This document shows, piece after piece, positions 1-11,023 of a stretch of DNA of 64,000 nt. This DNA comes from an uncultured Pelagibacteraceae bacterium (GTDB taxonomy: Bacteria; Pseudomonadota; Alphaproteobacteria; Pelagibacterales; Pelagibacteraceae): positions 3,746 through 67,745 of the forward strand of contig CACBYG010000007.1 of NCBI GenBank assembly GCA_902543535.1, in the 5' to 3' direction. A program made the translations under genes and the position numbers. The notes under the pieces were generated by a model that worked only from the letters and a program-made list of their open reading frames with translations, did no database searches and was not told the DNA's origin. Numbering within the stretch: position 1 is the first letter of the stretch; the number at the start of each line of letters is the position of its first letter.

Positions 1-1489
1 TTCCAATTTCAATTTTTTCTTCTATTGATGGAAGTTCAGCTCCAACACCTACACCTCTCGGATATCTAATTGCACTTGGTCTGTCATCAATATCTACTGA
101 AGTATTTATCATTTTAACCAGTTCAGCTTCGTCACTTGCAGCCATTACGATAAAATTTGGTAAAGTTGATAAATAAGTAATATCAAATGAACCAGCGTGT
201 GTTGATCCATCAGCCCCAACTAATCCGGCTCTATCAATTGCAAATCTAACTGGTAAGCTTTGTATGGCAACATCATGAACAACTTGATCGTAAGCTCTTT
301 GTAAAAATGTTGAGTAAATTGCAGCATAAGGCTTATATCCCTCTGTTGCCATCCCAGCAGCAAACGTTACGGCATGTTGCTCAGCTATACCAACATCAAA
401 CATTCTTTTCGGGAACTCTTTGCCAAATATGTCCATTCCTGTTCCACCAGGCATTGCTGCTGTTATTCCAACAATTTTACTATCTTTTTTTGCGTGCTCT
501 ACAAGAGTATTAGCAAATACTTTTGTATATGAAGGTAAATTAGATCCACTTTTATTCTGTTCACCAGTATCTACATTAAATTTTGAAACTCCATGATAAT
601 GATCTTTAGCTTCTTCCGCGTAACTATACCCTTTGCCTTTTTGGGTTTTAATATGTATCATAATTGGACCTTCATGATTTGAGTCCCTTGCATTTTTTAA
701 AATTGGAATAAGAGTTGATAAATCATGTCCATCAATTGGTCCCACATAATAAAAACCTAATGAATTAAACATAGTACCGCCTGTGAATGCGGATCTTAAG
801 AAATCTTCCGCTTTTCCTGCCTTTGCACTAAATCTCTTTGAGAATGCTGAAGTAATTAATTTAATAGTTTCTCTAAAACTAAAATATATTTTTCCAGTCA
901 ATAATTTTGCAAGGTATGTTCTCATTGCTCCAACTGGTTTTGCGATTGACATATCGTTATCATTTAAAATAACAATCATTTTGGTTTTTGAAGCACCTGC
1001 ATTATTCATTGCCTCATAAGCCATACCAGCACTCATCGCACCGTCACCTATGACTGCAATTACATTTGAAGATTTATTTTCCAATTTATTTGCCTCAGCT
1101 ATGCCTAGTGCAGATGAAATTGATGTTGAACTATGAGCAGCGCCGAAAGGATCGTATTCACTTTCAGTTCTTTTTGTAAAACCTGATAATCCATTACCTT
1201 GTCTTAATGTTTTAATTTTATCTTTTCTTCCTGTTAAAATTTTGTGTGGATAGGATTGATGTCCTACGTCCCAAATTAATTTATCATTTGGTGTGTCAAA
1301 TACATAATGAAGTGCGACGGTTAGTTCTACAACACCTAAACCTGCACCTAAATGACCACCTGTTTGGGATACAGCATCTATCATTTCATTTCTAACCTCA
1401 TTAGCAACTATTGGTAAATCCTTTTCAGAAATTTTTCTTAAATCAGATGGGAAATTTATATCTTTTAAAAATGCACTTTTGTTTATCAT
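1..1489 (-). CDS. dxs: 1-deoxy-D-xylulose-5-phosphate synthase (runs off left edge; absent from ORF track)
   Basis: ATG at 1489 overlaps the ispA stop (ATGA). Translates [19 protein letters not shown]..., [50 protein letters not shown]. Conserved xseB-ispA-dxs order. Confidence 0.97.
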   Translation of the reverse strand, partial: MINKSAFLKDINFPSDLRKISEKDLPIVANEVRNEMIDAVSQTGGHLGAGLGVVELTVALHYVFDTPNDKLIWDVGHQSYPHKILTGRKDKIKTLRQGNGLSGFTKRTESEYDPFGAAHSSTSISSALGIAEANKLENKSSNVIAVIGDGAMSAGMAYEAMNNAGASKTKMIVILNDNDMSIAKPVGAMRTYLAKLLTGKIYFSFRETIKLITSAFSKRFSAKAGKAEDFLRSAFTGGTMFNSLGFYYVGPIDGHDLSTLIPILKNARDSNHEGPIMIHIKTQKGKGYSYAEEAKDHYHGVSKFNVDTGEQNKSGSNLPSYTKVFANTLVEHAKKDSKIVGITAAMPGGTGMDIFGKEFPKRMFDVGIAEQHAVTFAAGMATEGYKPYAAIYSTFLQRAYDQVVHDVAIQSLPVRFAIDRAGLVGADGSTHAGSFDITYLSTLPNFIVMAASDEAELVKMINTSVDIDDRPSAIRYPRGVGVGAELPSIEEKIEIG

Positions 1490-2358
1490 GTATCTCTATT
1501 TAAAATATATTTCAAAGTCTGTTTTATTTTTTTTGTATTAGAACCATATTTTTGCAATTTATTATTAATATTTATAATTAAATTATCACAATATTTAACT
1601 GCATTATCATAACCAAGTAAACCAATAAGTGTTGCTTTACCTTTTTTTTTATCTTTTCCTGTTTTTTTACCAGCTATTTTTGAATTTCCTTTATGATCTA
1701 TCAGGTCATCAGAAATTTGAAATAATAAGCCTATATCTGATCCAATATTTTCAAAAAACCTAATCTCTAAATTTTTTCTATTTTTTATTATTGCTGGAGT
1801 TACACAACAAAAACTAAATAACATTCCTGTTTTTTTAATTTCCATTTCAATAATTTTATTCCTTGATACTTTTTTTTTCTCATAATTCAAATCCAGATAT
1901 TGCCCACCTGCTATACCAAGATGTCCTGAGCACTCAGATAATTTTTTTATTAAATTAACTTTAGTTTTTTGAGTTAAATCTAAATTTTTGTTTGATAAAA
2001 TTTCAAATGCCATTGTCAAAAGTGAATTGCCTGCTAATACCGCTGTGGACTCTCCATATTTAATGTGTGTGGATGCCTTACCCCGTCTAATTTTATCATT
2101 ATCCATACAAGGTAAATCATCATGAATAAGGGAGTAAGCGTGTATACATTCTACTGCTGCACCAATTTGTATTAAAGTTTTGTATCTAATTGAAAATAAA
2201 GAACCAAAGTCTATTAGTATTTTTGATCTAATTTTCTTTCCTCCAGGGAATAAACCATATTTCATTGCATTAATAAGATACGAACTATTCTGATTATTAA
2301 TAAATTTTTTTAAAAAATAATTTGTATCTTTTGCAATTTTATTAATTTCATTTTTCAT
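1486..2358 (-). CDS. ispA: farnesyl diphosphate synthase / polyprenyl synthetase
   Basis: [25 protein letters not shown] motifs. Confidence 0.95.
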   Translation of the reverse strand: MKNEINKIAKDTNYFLKKFINNQNSSYLINAMKYGLFPGGKKIRSKILIDFGSLFSIRYKTLIQIGAAVECIHAYSLIHDDLPCMDNDKIRRGKASTHIKYGESTAVLAGNSLLTMAFEILSNKNLDLTQKTKVNLIKKLSECSGHLGIAGGQYLDLNYEKKKVSRNKIIEMEIKKTGMLFSFCCVTPAIIKNRKNLEIRFFENIGSDIGLLFQISDDLIDHKGNSKIAGKKTGKDKKKGKATLIGLLGYDNAVKYCDNLIININNKLQKYGSNTKKIKQTLKYILNRDT

Positions 2359-2590
2359 TTTTTTTTATAATTTCCTTGATCTTAATATTTGTAGTTTCAC
2401 TTATAGATTTAAGATTTTTTTGAAATTTTTTTTCGATAAGATTATTTAATTTTAACAACTCTTGATAACTATCAATAGAGTTATTTAAATTTTTTTCATT
2501 CTCTAATGACTCAATTATGCTATTAGCTTTTTCAGTAAGCTCCTCTAAAGAACTATGTTGATAATCAAGTGGTAAATTTTTTTCTTTCAT
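2348..2590 (-). CDS. xseB: exodeoxyribonuclease VII small subunit (divergent)
   Basis: 80 aa, SLEEL..IIESLE..LNNSIDSYQE pattern, position upstream of ispA-dxs. Confidence 0.75.
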   Translation of the reverse strand: MKEKNLPLDYQHSSLEELTEKANSIIESLENEKNLNNSIDSYQELLKLNNLIEKKFQKNLKSISETTNIKIKEIIKKNEK

Positions 2591-2607
2591 ATATTAATAA
2601 TTATTAC

Positions 2608-3540
2608 ATGAAATCTAATCAATCAAATATCAAAAAAGCAAAAAAATATTTAGATAGTAACGAATGTATAGCAGTGCCAACAGAAACAGTTTATGGATTA
2701 GCTGGGAATGCTTATTCTAATTTATCTGTGAAAAAAATATTCAAGTTAAAGAAAAGACCCTCTAACAACCCTTTAATTGTTCACTACTACAACCTTAAGG
2801 CTATCGAACACGATTGTATAATTAATGAGGAATTTATAAAACTATACAATGCATTTTCACCTGGTCCAATCACATATGTTTTAAAATTAAAAAAAAATTC
2901 AAAAATATCAAAATTTGTAACCAATAATAAAAATACAGTTGCTATTAGATTTCCCAAACATCCACTGCTGCGAAGATTACTTAAAACTTTAAATTATCCC
3001 TTAGCTGCACCAAGTGCAAATATTTCCTCAAAACTTAGCTCAGTACAGCCCTCAGATGTAAAGGAGGAATTTGGAAGAAAATTAAAATATATACTTAAAG
3101 GAGGAAGGTGTTCAATTGGCGTGGAGTCTACAATTATTAACCTTACGGATAAAGCATCAATATTAAGACTTGGAGGTTTAAGTGTTTCAAAAATTAAAAA
3201 AATAATAAAAAAACAAATATCAATTAAGAATAAATCTAAAAACAAAATTTCACCAGGTTTGTTTTCTCTTCATTATTCTCCTGGAATACCTTTAAGGATG
3301 AATGTAAAAAAGCCAAACAAAGGAGAGGCATTTTTGTTAATAAAAAAAAGAAAAATAAATTTTAAAAATTATTTCTTTCTCAGTAAAAATAATAATCTGA
3401 CAAAAGCTGCAAGAAATTTATATCCTGTAATAAGAAAAATTAAAAATAAAGGATACAAAAAAATTGCTGTTGAAAAAATCCCTAACATTGGGATTGGACA
3501 AACAATTAATGATCGGCTAGTGAGAGCATCAAAATATTAA
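2608..3540 (+). CDS. tsaC: L-threonylcarbamoyladenylate synthase (Sua5/TsaC)
   Basis: PTETVYGL, KKRPSNNPLIVH, APSAN, ESTII, SPG..HYSP. ATG at 2608 preferred over 2569, which overlaps xseB. Confidence 0.95.
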   Translation: MKSNQSNIKKAKKYLDSNECIAVPTETVYGLAGNAYSNLSVKKIFKLKKRPSNNPLIVHYYNLKAIEHDCIINEEFIKLYNAFSPGPITYVLKLKKNSKISKFVTNNKNTVAIRFPKHPLLRRLLKTLNYPLAAPSANISSKLSSVQPSDVKEEFGRKLKYILKGGRCSIGVESTIINLTDKASILRLGGLSVSKIKKIIKKQISIKNKSKNKISPGLFSLHYSPGIPLRMNVKKPNKGEAFLLIKKRKINFKNYFFLSKNNNLTKAARNLYPVIRKIKNKGYKKIAVEKIPNIGIGQTINDRLVRASKY

Positions 3541-4269
3541 ATGAAAAATTCAATCGAAGTAATTAACCTATCTAAAAAATATAAATCAAAGAATGCTGTA
3601 AGTAATATAAATTTTAAAATTGGTGAGGATGAAATTGTTGGTCTATTGGGTCCTAATGGATGTGGAAAAACTACAACCATAGGAATGATATTAGGATTAT
3701 TAAAACCAACTAACGGTGAAGTTTTAATTAATGGAAAAAATATTGAAACAAATAAAATATCTCTATTACATAAAATGAATTTTATATCTCCTTATATTGA
3801 GCTTCCTAAAAAATTAAAAGTAAAACAAAATTTAATTGTTTATGGCAAATTATATAATGTTGACGATTTAAAAAATCGAATTAATTATCTTTCAGAAAAA
3901 CTTAGATTGTCTGATCTTTTGGATAAAATAACAGGTGAACTTTCATCAGGACAAAAAAATAGAGTCAGTTTGGCAAAAGCTTTAATAAATGATCCCGCAG
4001 TACTGCTATTAGACGAACCAACGGCCTCTTTAGATCCAGAAACTGGGGATTTTGTAAGAACATTTTTAGAAAGTTACAAAAAAGAAAAAAAAATTTCAGT
4101 ATTACTTGCTTCACATAATATGGATGAGGTTAAAAGATTGTGTAACTCTGTTTTGATGATGAAAGATGGAGTGATTGTAGATAAAGGAACTCCGAATGAT
4201 TTAATATTAAAATATGGTAGAAAAAATCTAGAAGAGGTCTTTTTAGAAATAGCGAGAAATACAAAATGA
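3541..4269 (+). CDS. ABC transporter ATP-binding protein (ABC-2/NodI-like)
   Basis: GPNGCGKTT, LSSGQ, LLLDEPT, SH switch. Confidence 0.93.
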   Translation: MKNSIEVINLSKKYKSKNAVSNINFKIGEDEIVGLLGPNGCGKTTTIGMILGLLKPTNGEVLINGKNIETNKISLLHKMNFISPYIELPKKLKVKQNLIVYGKLYNVDDLKNRINYLSEKLRLSDLLDKITGELSSGQKNRVSLAKALINDPAVLLLDEPTASLDPETGDFVRTFLESYKKEKKISVLLASHNMDEVKRLCNSVLMMKDGVIVDKGTPNDLILKYGRKNLEEVFLEIARNTK

Positions 4270-5057
4270 ATTTTACGAGAGTTTATGGACTTTTTTTAAG
4301 ACATTTTTACTTAATAACTAGATCATTTCCAAGAATACTTGATTTAATATATTGGCCCTCAATCCAAATAACTTTGTGGGGATTTATTTCAAATTTTTTT
4401 GCAGAGCATAGTACTTACTACAGTGGTGCTGTCGGTGTAATTCTATCCTGTGCAATTCTCTACGATTTTTTATTCAGAACAAGTATTGGTTTCAACATGC
4501 TGTTTTTAGAAGAAATATGGAGTAGAAATTTTACGAATCTTTTCATCGCCCCAATGAAAATTAGTGAAATTATTATTTCTTTAGTCATAACTGCTTTAAT
4601 TAGAGCCTTAATAGGACTGGTCCCAGCTATTTTGCTTACATCTCCTCTATTTGGAATATCTTTATTGGAATTAGGAATTCCTTTGGCTTTTCTTTTTTTA
4701 AGCTTATATATTTTTGGTATTACCTTAGGTTTATTTGTCTCTGCGGGTTTACTCAGATTCGGTCCTTCATTTGAAAATATTGCATGGTCTACAATGTTTT
4801 TGTTAGCTCCATTTGGTTGTATTTATTACCCTGTTGAAATTTTACCAAACATCTTTCAGGCTATCGCTTATGCTCTTCCTCTCGTTTATATATTTGAAGA
4901 AACAAGAAATATTTTAGTTAACGGTCAGGTAGATTATGAAAACATCTTTAATGCCCTTTATCTTAATATTTTTTATCTCATACTTGCAATATCAATTTTT
5001 TATTACTCATTTGATAAAGCTCGTGATAAAGGGACTTTGATAAATATAGGAGAATAA
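4266..5057 (+). CDS. ABC-2 type transporter permease
   Basis: About 6 hydrophobic helices, YYPVEILP..FQAIAYALPL, ATGA overlap with the ATPase gene. Confidence 0.9.
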   Translation: MNFTRVYGLFLRHFYLITRSFPRILDLIYWPSIQITLWGFISNFFAEHSTYYSGAVGVILSCAILYDFLFRTSIGFNMLFLEEIWSRNFTNLFIAPMKISEIIISLVITALIRALIGLVPAILLTSPLFGISLLELGIPLAFLFLSLYIFGITLGLFVSAGLLRFGPSFENIAWSTMFLLAPFGCIYYPVEILPNIFQAIAYALPLVYIFEETRNILVNGQVDYENIFNALYLNIFYLILAISIFYYSFDKARDKGTLINIGE

Positions 5058-5058
5058 T

Positions 5059-5135
5059 TGGTGCGCCTGCTAGGAGTCGAACCCAGAACCTCCTGATCCG
5101 AAGTCAGGCGCTCTATCCAGTTGAGCTACAAGCGC
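5059..5135 (-). tRNA. tRNA-Arg (anticodon UCG)
   Basis: Reverse complement GCGCTTGTAGCTCAACTGGATAGAGCGCCTGACT-TCG-GATCAGGAGGTTCTGGGTTCGACTCCTAGCAGGCGCACCA, 77 nt cloverleaf with encoded CCA. Confidence 0.97.
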
Positions 5136-5189
5136 GTTTAAAGATATTATAATGTTTTTGATATAAAATCACTGTTATAAATTCATATA

Positions 5190-7004
5190 ATGCAATTTAT
5201 AAAAAAAAATTATCTATTTTTTCTATTATCTTTAATAATAATTTTTATTCATCAATTTATCTTTCAAAGTTTATTGCCAAACAACAGTTCTTTTCTGGGG
5301 CACGACTATAGCCTAGTTTTGCCAAATTTTTTATTTGGTAAAATATGGTTTGATAAAAATTTTTTATCCATACCATGGTTTTCTCCAAGTTTTTGTTGCG
5401 GAGTACCTTATTTCGCGGATCCACAAATTGGATATTACTCTTTTCAACAACTTTTATTTATATTTTTTTCACCATTGGTAGCTTTAAAAATTTCTTTTTT
5501 TATTTTTTCTTTAACAGCTTTTATTGGAACTTTTTTGCTTGCTAATAAGTCTTTTAAATTAAATATTTATATTTCTTTAATTGCAGCAACTCTATTTTTA
5601 TATAATGGTTTTTTTAATTATCGAACAATTATTGGACATTTTTCTTTTTTAAGTTATGTGTTTATTCCAATTTATTGTTTTACAGTAATTTATTCTTTTG
5701 AAGTAAATGGAGGAAAATTAAAAAATATTTTTTACATCCTAATATCAAGTATTCTTTTTGCAAATTTTATTCATTCAGGATCCAGCTCATTAATCGTTGT
5801 AATTACTTTATCTATAGCACTAATTATATTAATTTATATATTCATAAATAATAATCTTAAAATAATTTATAATTTATTTATTTCTTTATTTCTTGGTTTG
5901 ATTATTTCATCTTCAAAAATTAATGCTTCATTTGCTTTTTTATCAAATTTTACAAGAGAATACCCACCTCTTTTATTTGAAAATTTTGTTTCTCTATTAA
6001 TCAACACTGTAAAATCATTATTTTTTTTTCCAGATATAAATAGATTTAACTCAGACACTATAAATCAAGTAACTGATCAATTACAGGTACATGAAATTGA
6101 ATTTGGAGTAGGTATTATTCCTATAATAATTTTTGCATTTTTTATTTTAAATATTAAAAAATTTTTTATAAATAATTTTACTAGTGTAAAATTTATTTCA
6201 TTTACAATTATGTTAGTTATTTTAATATTTACGGTAAGTGTAAATTTATCTAACAACGAAATTGGCATTTTTTTTAGAGAATTGCCAGTCATCAAAAGTA
6301 CATGGGTCCATTTCAGGCTCACATCAATTTACATAATTCCAATTATATTAATATCCTGCATTTTACTAAATAAATTTAATTTAAAACCTATTTACCTAAA
6401 ATATATTACTTTTGTTTTTTTATTTATAATTGTTTTTCAAACCCAAATTTATGAGAAAAAATTTTATAATGAACAAAAATATGACCCCAAGAACCTTGTT
6501 AAATTCTATGAAAATAAAAATAGAATTAAAAATATAAATGTGAACGAAATAATTATTTTTTTAGATCAGAATAATAAACCTGTTATTTCTAATCAAAGAA
6601 ATGATATGTTTGTTTTTAATTTTTCACCATTGTTTTGTTATAACCCTATCTTTGGTTATAATCTTGAAGATTTACCTAAAAATAAATTTACTTTTAACAA
6701 AAGAAACGAAATAAGTAATAATTTGATAAACTTTATGGGTAATCCAAAAGAAATAAAAGAAAATCAAAGTAACTTTTTTAATCCAAGTTGTTTTGTTTTC
6801 CCAAATGAAAATGGATGTAAACCAGGAGATTTCTTTAAAGAAAGTCAAATGAATGAATTAGAAAATTTTTTAAATTATAAAAATTTCAATTTCCAAATAA
6901 GTAAATCTCAATCATTTTTTAATTATTTAAGTCTAATAAGTTTTTTGATGATAATTTCATTTATAATATACTATTTAGTTAGAAAGATCGTTTATAAACA
7001 GTAA
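5190..7004 (+). CDS. polytopic membrane protein, YfhO/GT-C-like putative glycosyltransferase
   Basis: Many TM helices. First loop GHDY..IPWFSPSFCCGVPYFADPQ resembles the P-W-x-P-x4-G-x-P motif of YfhO-like proteins. Confidence 0.55.
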   Translation: MQFIKKNYLFFLLSLIIIFIHQFIFQSLLPNNSSFLGHDYSLVLPNFLFGKIWFDKNFLSIPWFSPSFCCGVPYFADPQIGYYSFQQLLFIFFSPLVALKISFFIFSLTAFIGTFLLANKSFKLNIYISLIAATLFLYNGFFNYRTIIGHFSFLSYVFIPIYCFTVIYSFEVNGGKLKNIFYILISSILFANFIHSGSSSLIVVITLSIALIILIYIFINNNLKIIYNLFISLFLGLIISSSKINASFAFLSNFTREYPPLLFENFVSLLINTVKSLFFFPDINRFNSDTINQVTDQLQVHEIEFGVGIIPIIIFAFFILNIKKFFINNFTSVKFISFTIMLVILIFTVSVNLSNNEIGIFFRELPVIKSTWVHFRLTSIYIIPIILISCILLNKFNLKPIYLKYITFVFLFIIVFQTQIYEKKFYNEQKYDPKNLVKFYENKNRIKNINVNEIIIFLDQNNKPVISNQRNDMFVFNFSPLFCYNPIFGYNLEDLPKNKFTFNKRNEISNNLINFMGNPKEIKENQSNFFNPSCFVFPNENGCKPGDFFKESQMNELENFLNYKNFNFQISKSQSFFNYLSLISFLMIISFIIYYLVRKIVYKQ

Positions 7005-7008
7005 AAAT

Positions 7009-7986
7009 ATGAGATCTATTAATTATTTAGTAAAAGCTAATGAAGAGAGTCAAAGAATTGATTTTTTTATAAGTAGTAAAGAAAAATCATTGAGTAGAAA
7101 TAGAATTAAAAATTTAATATTAAAAGAAAAAATAAAACTGAATAATGAGATTATTAAAAACCCTTCAAAAAAAGTTAATTGTGGAGACAAAGTTAATCTT
7201 CAAATTCCAAAACCTAAAGACACATTTTTAAAGCCTTATAGTTACAGTTTGGAAATAATTTATGAGGATAATGATATACTAATTATAAATAAACCATCTG
7301 GAATTATAATGCACCCTGGAGCTGGTAATTATGATAAAACAATTGTTAACGCATTAGTACATTACGATAAAAACTCATTATCAAATATAGGTGACGAATT
7401 AAGACCAGGTATTGTTCATCGAATTGATAAAAATACATCAGGATTAGTAGTAATTGCTAAAAATAATCAAGCCCATGAAAATTTATCAAAACAATTTAGT
7501 GAACATACTATTTTAAGAGAGTACCAGTTATTAATATGGGGAAAATTAAGACCATCAAAAGGACAAATAATAACTTTTATTACGCGTAGTTCAAAAAATA
7601 GACAACTTATGGAGGTAAGTCGTTCTAAGGGTAAGAAAGCGATTACCAATTATAAAACTCTTGAAGTCTTTGAAAATGAATACACGCCAACATTAAGTTT
7701 AGTTGAATGCAAACTTGAAACCGGTCGCACTCATCAAATTAGAGTCCATATGAATTATAAAGGAAACAGTATAGTTGGTGATGATAAATATAAAAAGAAG
7801 TACAAAAAACTCAAAAACATAGATTTAAAAATTCAAAATTCGATATCTAATTTAACTAGACAATTTTTACATGCTAAAACTCTTGGTTTCATGCATCCAA
7901 AAAATAATAAAAAAATGTATTTTTCCTCAAATTTACCACCTGACCTAAATAATATTTTAGAAATGCTTAGAAACACTAACAAATAA
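7009..7986 (+). CDS. rluD: 23S rRNA pseudouridine synthase RluD
   Basis: S4-like N-terminus, INKPSG, RPGIVHRIDKNTSG, ETGRTHQIRVH, adjacent to rpoH. Confidence 0.93.
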   Translation: MRSINYLVKANEESQRIDFFISSKEKSLSRNRIKNLILKEKIKLNNEIIKNPSKKVNCGDKVNLQIPKPKDTFLKPYSYSLEIIYEDNDILIINKPSGIIMHPGAGNYDKTIVNALVHYDKNSLSNIGDELRPGIVHRIDKNTSGLVVIAKNNQAHENLSKQFSEHTILREYQLLIWGKLRPSKGQIITFITRSSKNRQLMEVSRSKGKKAITNYKTLEVFENEYTPTLSLVECKLETGRTHQIRVHMNYKGNSIVGDDKYKKKYKKLKNIDLKIQNSISNLTRQFLHAKTLGFMHPKNNKKMYFSSNLPPDLNNILEMLRNTNK

Positions 7987-8027
7987 AACATTGAAATTTT
8001 TTTTAAATTAATTACATAAATTTGGCT

Positions 8028-8921
8028 ATGAACACAACTGTTAGTAATAATTTACCCTCCTTATCAAATGAAGGGGGATTATCAGCCTACTTGGATCAAA
8101 TTAAAAAATTTCCAATGTTAGCTGCTGAGGAGGAATATATGCTAGCCAAAAACTGGAAGACTACAGGCAATATTAAGTCTGCTGAAAAATTAGTTACAAG
8201 CCATCTTAGATTAGTTGCTAAAATTGCTATGGGATATAAAGGCTATGGTTTGCCAGTTAATGAAATGATTTCTGAAGGTAATGTGGGATTAATGCAAGCT
8301 GTTAAAAAATTTGAACCTGAAAAAGGTTTTAGGTTAGCGACCTACGCTATGTGGTGGATCAAAGCTTCAATTCAAGAGTATATTCTAAGATCTTGGAGTT
8401 TAGTAAAAATTGGAACTACAACAGCACAAAAAAAATTATTCTTCAACTTAAAAAAAATTAAAAACCAAATTGCTCCTCAAGCGGAAGGAGATTTGAAAGA
8501 TGAACATGTTGACCATATTGCCAACAAGCTTGATGTAAGTAAAGAGGAAGTTGTTTCAATGAATAGAAGACTGTCAGGTAAAGAATTTTCTCTAAATGCA
8601 CAAGTTGGTGAAGATGGAGATGAATGGCAAGATTGGTTGGTTGATAAAGAATTAGACCACGACTTAAAGTTTGCTCAACATGAAGAAATGGAACAAAGAA
8701 AAGATTTATTAAAAAACTCTATTAAAGTCCTTAATGACAGGGAAAGAGAAATTTTATATTCAAGAAGATTAAATGATAATCCAACGACATTAGAAGATTT
8801 AAGCCAGAAATATAAAGTTAGCAGAGAAAGAGTAAGACAAATTGAAAATAAAGCTTTCGAAAAACTTCAGAAGCATATGCTTCTTTTAGCAAAATCTAAA
8901 AATTTATTACCAGCTAATTAA
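8028..8921 (+). CDS. rpoH: RNA polymerase sigma-32 factor
   Basis: RpoH box [28 protein letters not shown]. Start is ATG 8028 or TTG 8022. Confidence 0.97.
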   Translation: MNTTVSNNLPSLSNEGGLSAYLDQIKKFPMLAAEEEYMLAKNWKTTGNIKSAEKLVTSHLRLVAKIAMGYKGYGLPVNEMISEGNVGLMQAVKKFEPEKGFRLATYAMWWIKASIQEYILRSWSLVKIGTTTAQKKLFFNLKKIKNQIAPQAEGDLKDEHVDHIANKLDVSKEEVVSMNRRLSGKEFSLNAQVGEDGDEWQDWLVDKELDHDLKFAQHEEMEQRKDLLKNSIKVLNDREREILYSRRLNDNPTTLEDLSQKYKVSRERVRQIENKAFEKLQKHMLLLAKSKNLLPAN

Positions 8922-10210
8922 ACATCAAAAGGGTTTTCAATTAATATTGTATCTTCTCTCTCTGGACTAGTAGATATACTTGAAATTTTTGCACCTATAA
9001 AATCCTCAATTGCAAAAATATATTTTTTTGCATTTTCTGGTAAAGCATCCATATTTTTTATTCCACTTGTTGAAGTTTTCCATCCTGGGAATACTTTGTA
9101 AATAGGTTTTATTTTTAATTGATCTTCTACAGCTGCTGGAAAATAGTCAATTTTTTTTCCATCTAACTCATAATGTACACACATTTTAATTTCATCCAAT
9201 TCATCTAATACGTCCAATTTAGTAAGTGCAATTCCATCAATCCCAGAAATTTTAATAGTTTGTCTTACCAGAACACCGTCGAACCAACCACATCTTCTTT
9301 TTCTGCTAGTAACAGTTCCAAATTCTTTTCCTCGTGTACCCAATAATTCTCCTATATCATCTTTTAACTCAGTTGGAAAAGGTCCTTCTCCTACACGTGT
9401 GGTGTATGCTTTGGTTATTCCTAGTACATAATTAATTGAATTTGGTCCACAACCAGTTCCTGTTGCAGCACTTGAGGCTACAGTATTAGACGATGTGACA
9501 TACGGATAAGTACCATGATCTACATCTAATAAAATTCCTTGAGCTCCTTCAAATAAAATTTTCTTTTTTTGTTTTTTAAATTGATCAATTTTAAGCCATA
9601 CAGGTTGTGAAAATTGAAGTATTTTTGGAGCAATTTTTAATAGTTCCTCTTTTAGTTGTTCTTTTTGAAAAATTTTTTTTCCTAAACCTTTTCTAATAGC
9701 ATTGTGGTGTATCAAAACTGATTCTAACCTGTGATCTAAATTTTGTTCAGATCTTAAATCCATTACTCTTATAGATCTTCTGCCGACTTTGTCCTCATAA
9801 GCAGGTCCAATTCCTCGTCTTGTAGTGCCAATTTTTCCTTTTCCAGCCGAATCTTCTCTTATTTCATCCATTTCTCTATGAAATGGTAAAATTAAATTTG
9901 CAGATTCTGAAATAATAAAATTATCAACGTTTACATCTACTCCTTTTAATTTTATTTCCTCTACCTCTTCTAGAAGTGCCCATGGATCAACCACTACTCC
10001 ATTACCAATAATTGAAATCTTATTTTTTCTTACTATTCCTGAAGGTAGTAATCTTAATTTATAAGTTACACCATCAATAACAAGTGTATGTCCTGCATTG
10101 TGTCCTCCTTGGAATCTTATTACAACATCGGCTTGTTCAGAAAGCCAATCAACTATCTTGCCCTTTCCTTCATCCCCCCATTGCGATCCAACGACTACTA
10201 TATTTTTCAT
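8918..10210 (-). CDS. purA: adenylosuccinate synthetase
   Basis: [29 protein letters not shown]. Confidence 0.99.
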   Translation of the reverse strand: MKNIVVVGSQWGDEGKGKIVDWLSEQADVVIRFQGGHNAGHTLVIDGVTYKLRLLPSGIVRKNKISIIGNGVVVDPWALLEEVEEIKLKGVDVNVDNFIISESANLILPFHREMDEIREDSAGKGKIGTTRRGIGPAYEDKVGRRSIRVMDLRSEQNLDHRLESVLIHHNAIRKGLGKKIFQKEQLKEELLKIAPKILQFSQPVWLKIDQFKKQKKKILFEGAQGILLDVDHGTYPYVTSSNTVASSAATGTGCGPNSINYVLGITKAYTTRVGEGPFPTELKDDIGELLGTRGKEFGTVTSRKRRCGWFDGVLVRQTIKISGIDGIALTKLDVLDELDEIKMCVHYELDGKKIDYFPAAVEDQLKIKPIYKVFPGWKTSTSGIKNMDALPENAKKYIFAIEDFIGAKISSISTSPEREDTILIENPFDV

Positions 10211-11022
10211 TATTTAAATTTTTTATCTATGCGCATAGAATTAAGATGATTTATAGGACCATGCCCCTTGCCATAATTAGGATTAGATTTTATAGCTAAA
10301 TTTACATACTTAATTCCAAGCTCACAAGATTTCTTTACTGGTTTTCCACATGATAAAAATGTTGCTACAGCACTGGATAATGTACAACCAGTTCCGTGGG
10401 TATTTTTTGTTTTAACCCTTTTGCTATTAAAAATTTTAATTTCTTTATTGTTTGCATAAATATCATGAACAAATTTACCTTTTAAATGACCACCTTTAAT
10501 AAGAACATTTTTTGCCCCTGACTCAATTAACATTTGTGCAACAATAATCATGTCCTTTTTTGTTTTTATTTTAGTATTAGTTAAAATTTCTGCCTCAGGA
10601 ATATTAGGAGTTATCATTAATACTTTCTTTATCAAAGTAGATTTAAGTAAATTTATTGCTTTATTATCAATTAAATTTGCTCCCCCCTTTGCAATCATGA
10701 CTGGATCTAAAACAATATTTCTAACTTTAATTTGATCTAATGAATTGATGACTGATCTGATTACCTTAACTGAATGCAACATACCAATCTTTACAGCATC
10801 TGGCCTAATATCTTTTGAGGAAAATATAACTTGGTTGTAAATTTCATTTGGATTAATTGGAACAATTGATTTGACACCAGTAGTATTCTGAACTGTTACA
10901 GCTGTAATTGCGGTCATTGCATATGAGCCTAATGAAGTAACAGTTTTTATATCTGCTTGTATTCCCGCACCACCAGAAGAATCTGATCCAGCAATAATTA
11001 GTACTTTTGATTTTGTCTTCAA
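10210..11022 (-). CDS. thiD: hydroxymethylpyrimidine/phosphomethylpyrimidine kinase
   Basis: [28 protein letters not shown]. Confidence 0.97.
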   Translation of the reverse strand: MKTKSKVLIIAGSDSSGGAGIQADIKTVTSLGSYAMTAITAVTVQNTTGVKSIVPINPNEIYNQVIFSSKDIRPDAVKIGMLHSVKVIRSVINSLDQIKVRNIVLDPVMIAKGGANLIDNKAINLLKSTLIKKVLMITPNIPEAEILTNTKIKTKKDMIIVAQMLIESGAKNVLIKGGHLKGKFVHDIYANNKEIKIFNSKRVKTKNTHGTGCTLSSAVATFLSCGKPVKKSCELGIKYVNLAIKSNPNYGKGHGPINHLNSMRIDKKFK

Positions 11023-11023
11023 T

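Noticed and set aside
3541-5057. ABC-2 pair as NodIJ exporting a Nod-like signal
   Set aside because: Generic family, located about 35 kb from the tailoring genes in core context, with no nodABC.
7991-8020. Sigma32-type autoregulatory promoter before rpoH (TTGAAA...TACATA)
   Set aside because: The -10 match is too weak in AT-rich DNA to call.
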